This document shows positions 62,224 to 64,000 of a stretch of 64,000 nucleotides of DNA, piece after piece. Within the stretch, counting starts at the first letter, position 1. Every line of letters starts with the position of its first letter. The DNA comes from Ophelia neglecta (lineage: Eukaryota). Under the pieces are notes generated by a model that saw only the letters and a program-made list of their open reading frames with translations, searched no databases and had not been told where the DNA came from. The stretch is taken from assembly GCA_965285935.1 (NCBI GenBank), contig OZ260662.1:88164001-88228000 (forward strand). Reading direction: 5' to 3'. The position numbers and the translations under genes are program-made.

Positions 62224-63636
62224 ATGTTGCCTCCAAGATGCGCGCTGCTGTTTGTCCTTCTGGTAGCCATGTTGTTTAGAGCAGAAGCCCGTAGAGGGCG
62301 GGCATGCAGCCTACAACCGACTGAAGGCTGTACCTGTTGGGCGAGTTTTGGTAGAATGTACGTTAGCTGTGTCAACTTGGGTCTGACGGAGATCCCTCAG
62401 ATTGACTCATCTCTCGCCACCGGCTTTCACGTGCATCTGGACCTTTCACAAAACAACATCGTCCGAATTGAATCTGGAGCATTTAGAGGGCTACATTTAA
62501 CCCAATTGGTCATTCGGGACAGTTCATGCCAAGGGAACTGTCAGCCTTTTGTAGCCGAGGATGCCTTTAGTGACGTGTCATCTAGCCTGGAAAAGCTTGA
62601 CTTGAGCAACTTTGGTCTCAGTGACATTCCTGCAGCCGTCTTTACAATTCGAGCCCTGGAAACACTCATATTGTCCAATAATCGAATTTCGGACATTCCG
62701 TATCAGTCAGGCGGCTTCCCGTCTTTGGACACGCTCTATTTGGACGGTAACCCTGTATCCAACTGTCGAAATGCCTTCTCCTCTTTAAACATGCTTAGGT
62801 CTCTCCACATAACATTACACCCTGGACCAACCAATCACATTAGAAATATGCTCCCGTACTCCGACCTCGCCGGTCTGACATTTCTCCGCATTTCAGACTC
62901 TAACTTTGGTTATTCTCGGAGCCTTTCTTACATACTTAGACACCAACATTTCCCATCCTTGGAGAGGTTCGTTTGCGACGGATGTCAGTTGACAGACGAC
63001 TCGCTGAACAATGCCTTTGATCAAACCAGAGAGTCACTGAGAATTATTGGCTTGCCTAACAACATGCTGTCCGATTTTGACAACATACGTTCAGGCATGG
63101 GAATGCTGCCAAATCTAGAAGAGCTGGACTTATCAGAAAACCAATTTAGCGTCCTTGGCGCCGAAGGATTGAACTTTGAAACGCCTCTGTATAAGTTGAA
63201 TATGAGCGGTAATCAACTCACTAGTGGCGCTCTTGGTAGATTTAGAGAGGGAAATTTAATCACAAATTTAGATTTAAGTTACAACCAAATTGAGCACGTT
63301 TCGAGTGTAGTGTGGGAGACAATTATCTCCTCAGACGAACATCGAGTTCTTCTCGGGGGAAACCCGTTCAGGTGCGGGTGTGATAGCAATTATTTCAGGG
63401 ACGCTCTGCAGAAGGAGTTGGACGGTTTTCCAGGTCCGTTCTCCACTTACGAGATACACAATAACATTTTCTGCTCTTCTCCCAGCGCGCATAGCGGAAA
63501 GCGCGTGATGGACCTGCAGATTAATGTATCCTGCTGCAACATTTCGTGTGACGGGTTGGATACAAGTGTGAAATTTTATTGCATGTCGGACAACTTCCAG
63601 GCAATCATTTCACCTAATACCTTTTGTGTTTCATAA
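62224..63636 (+). CDS. Secreted leucine-rich repeat protein, paralog of 54624-56042, 470 aa
   Basis: Same layout: signal peptide, EGCTCW...VSCVNLG, LRRs, LGGNPFRCGC, GFPGPFS.YEI.N, CCN..C...C...CVS*; AATAAA at 63674-63679. Confidence 0.9.
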   Translation: MLPPRCALLFVLLVAMLFRAEARRGRACSLQPTEGCTCWASFGRMYVSCVNLGLTEIPQIDSSLATGFHVHLDLSQNNIVRIESGAFRGLHLTQLVIRDSSCQGNCQPFVAEDAFSDVSSSLEKLDLSNFGLSDIPAAVFTIRALETLILSNNRISDIPYQSGGFPSLDTLYLDGNPVSNCRNAFSSLNMLRSLHITLHPGPTNHIRNMLPYSDLAGLTFLRISDSNFGYSRSLSYILRHQHFPSLERFVCDGCQLTDDSLNNAFDQTRESLRIIGLPNNMLSDFDNIRSGMGMLPNLEELDLSENQFSVLGAEGLNFETPLYKLNMSGNQLTSGALGRFREGNLITNLDLSYNQIEHVSSVVWETIISSDEHRVLLGGNPFRCGCDSNYFRDALQKELDGFPGPFSTYEIHNNIFCSSPSAHSGKRVMDLQINVSCCNISCDGLDTSVKFYCMSDNFQAIISPNTFCVS

Positions 63637-64000
63637 ATACAGCATCTCTGCATTTTACATGTGTCTTAAATGAAATAAACATTAAGCCCATACACCTATA
63701 TAACTTTTGTTTATTGCTTAATATAATTAAAAATATCAAAGTGCGCGCTATTCATGATCGAGGACATTTTGTGCAATATATAAAAGCTTTTCGTAATGAA
63801 ACGTACGTCATTTGATTCCCACACATTCATAGGTCGAAAGAAAAAATGCTATGCATATTTAGGGAGACTAAGTAAAATTGGCTGCTTTGCCCTGACCATA
63901 TTTTGCACTCTCCGAAACTGCCAGCCATGGAGGTCAAAGGTCAGGCTATATAGACCTTTTATTTTCAGATGACGGGCAGTAAGCGTAACAGAGTACAGAA

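Overview
Eukaryotic (intron-rich, AT-rich introns, probably invertebrate) DNA. Positions 1-48613 are the 5'-truncated part of one giant spliced + strand gene. I traced 51 exons by hand (GT-AG introns plus one GC-AG) that join in a single open frame of about 12,000 codons. It encodes a gel-forming-mucin/VWF-superfamily protein: Thr-rich PTS tracts, 32 intronless copies of a ~150-aa Cys-bounded discoidin (F5/8 type C)-like module, two intron-split F5/8C domains, TIL- and VWC-like modules, and an 11-Cys C-terminal cystine knot. Most of the modules sit in two highly homogenised ~2.0-kb exon+intron tandem arrays (1-5019 and 8483-34367), the second containing an 8021-bp higher-order duplication. Downstream are two paralogous secreted LRR genes with single-exon CDS (54624-56042, 62224-63636), two LRR pseudogene relics, an old ~2-3 kb tandem duplication and several decayed LINE fragments. 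Almost all ORF-track entries in 1-48.6 kb are exons read into introns or antisense shadows. Domain names come from motif recognition only; no database searches were run.
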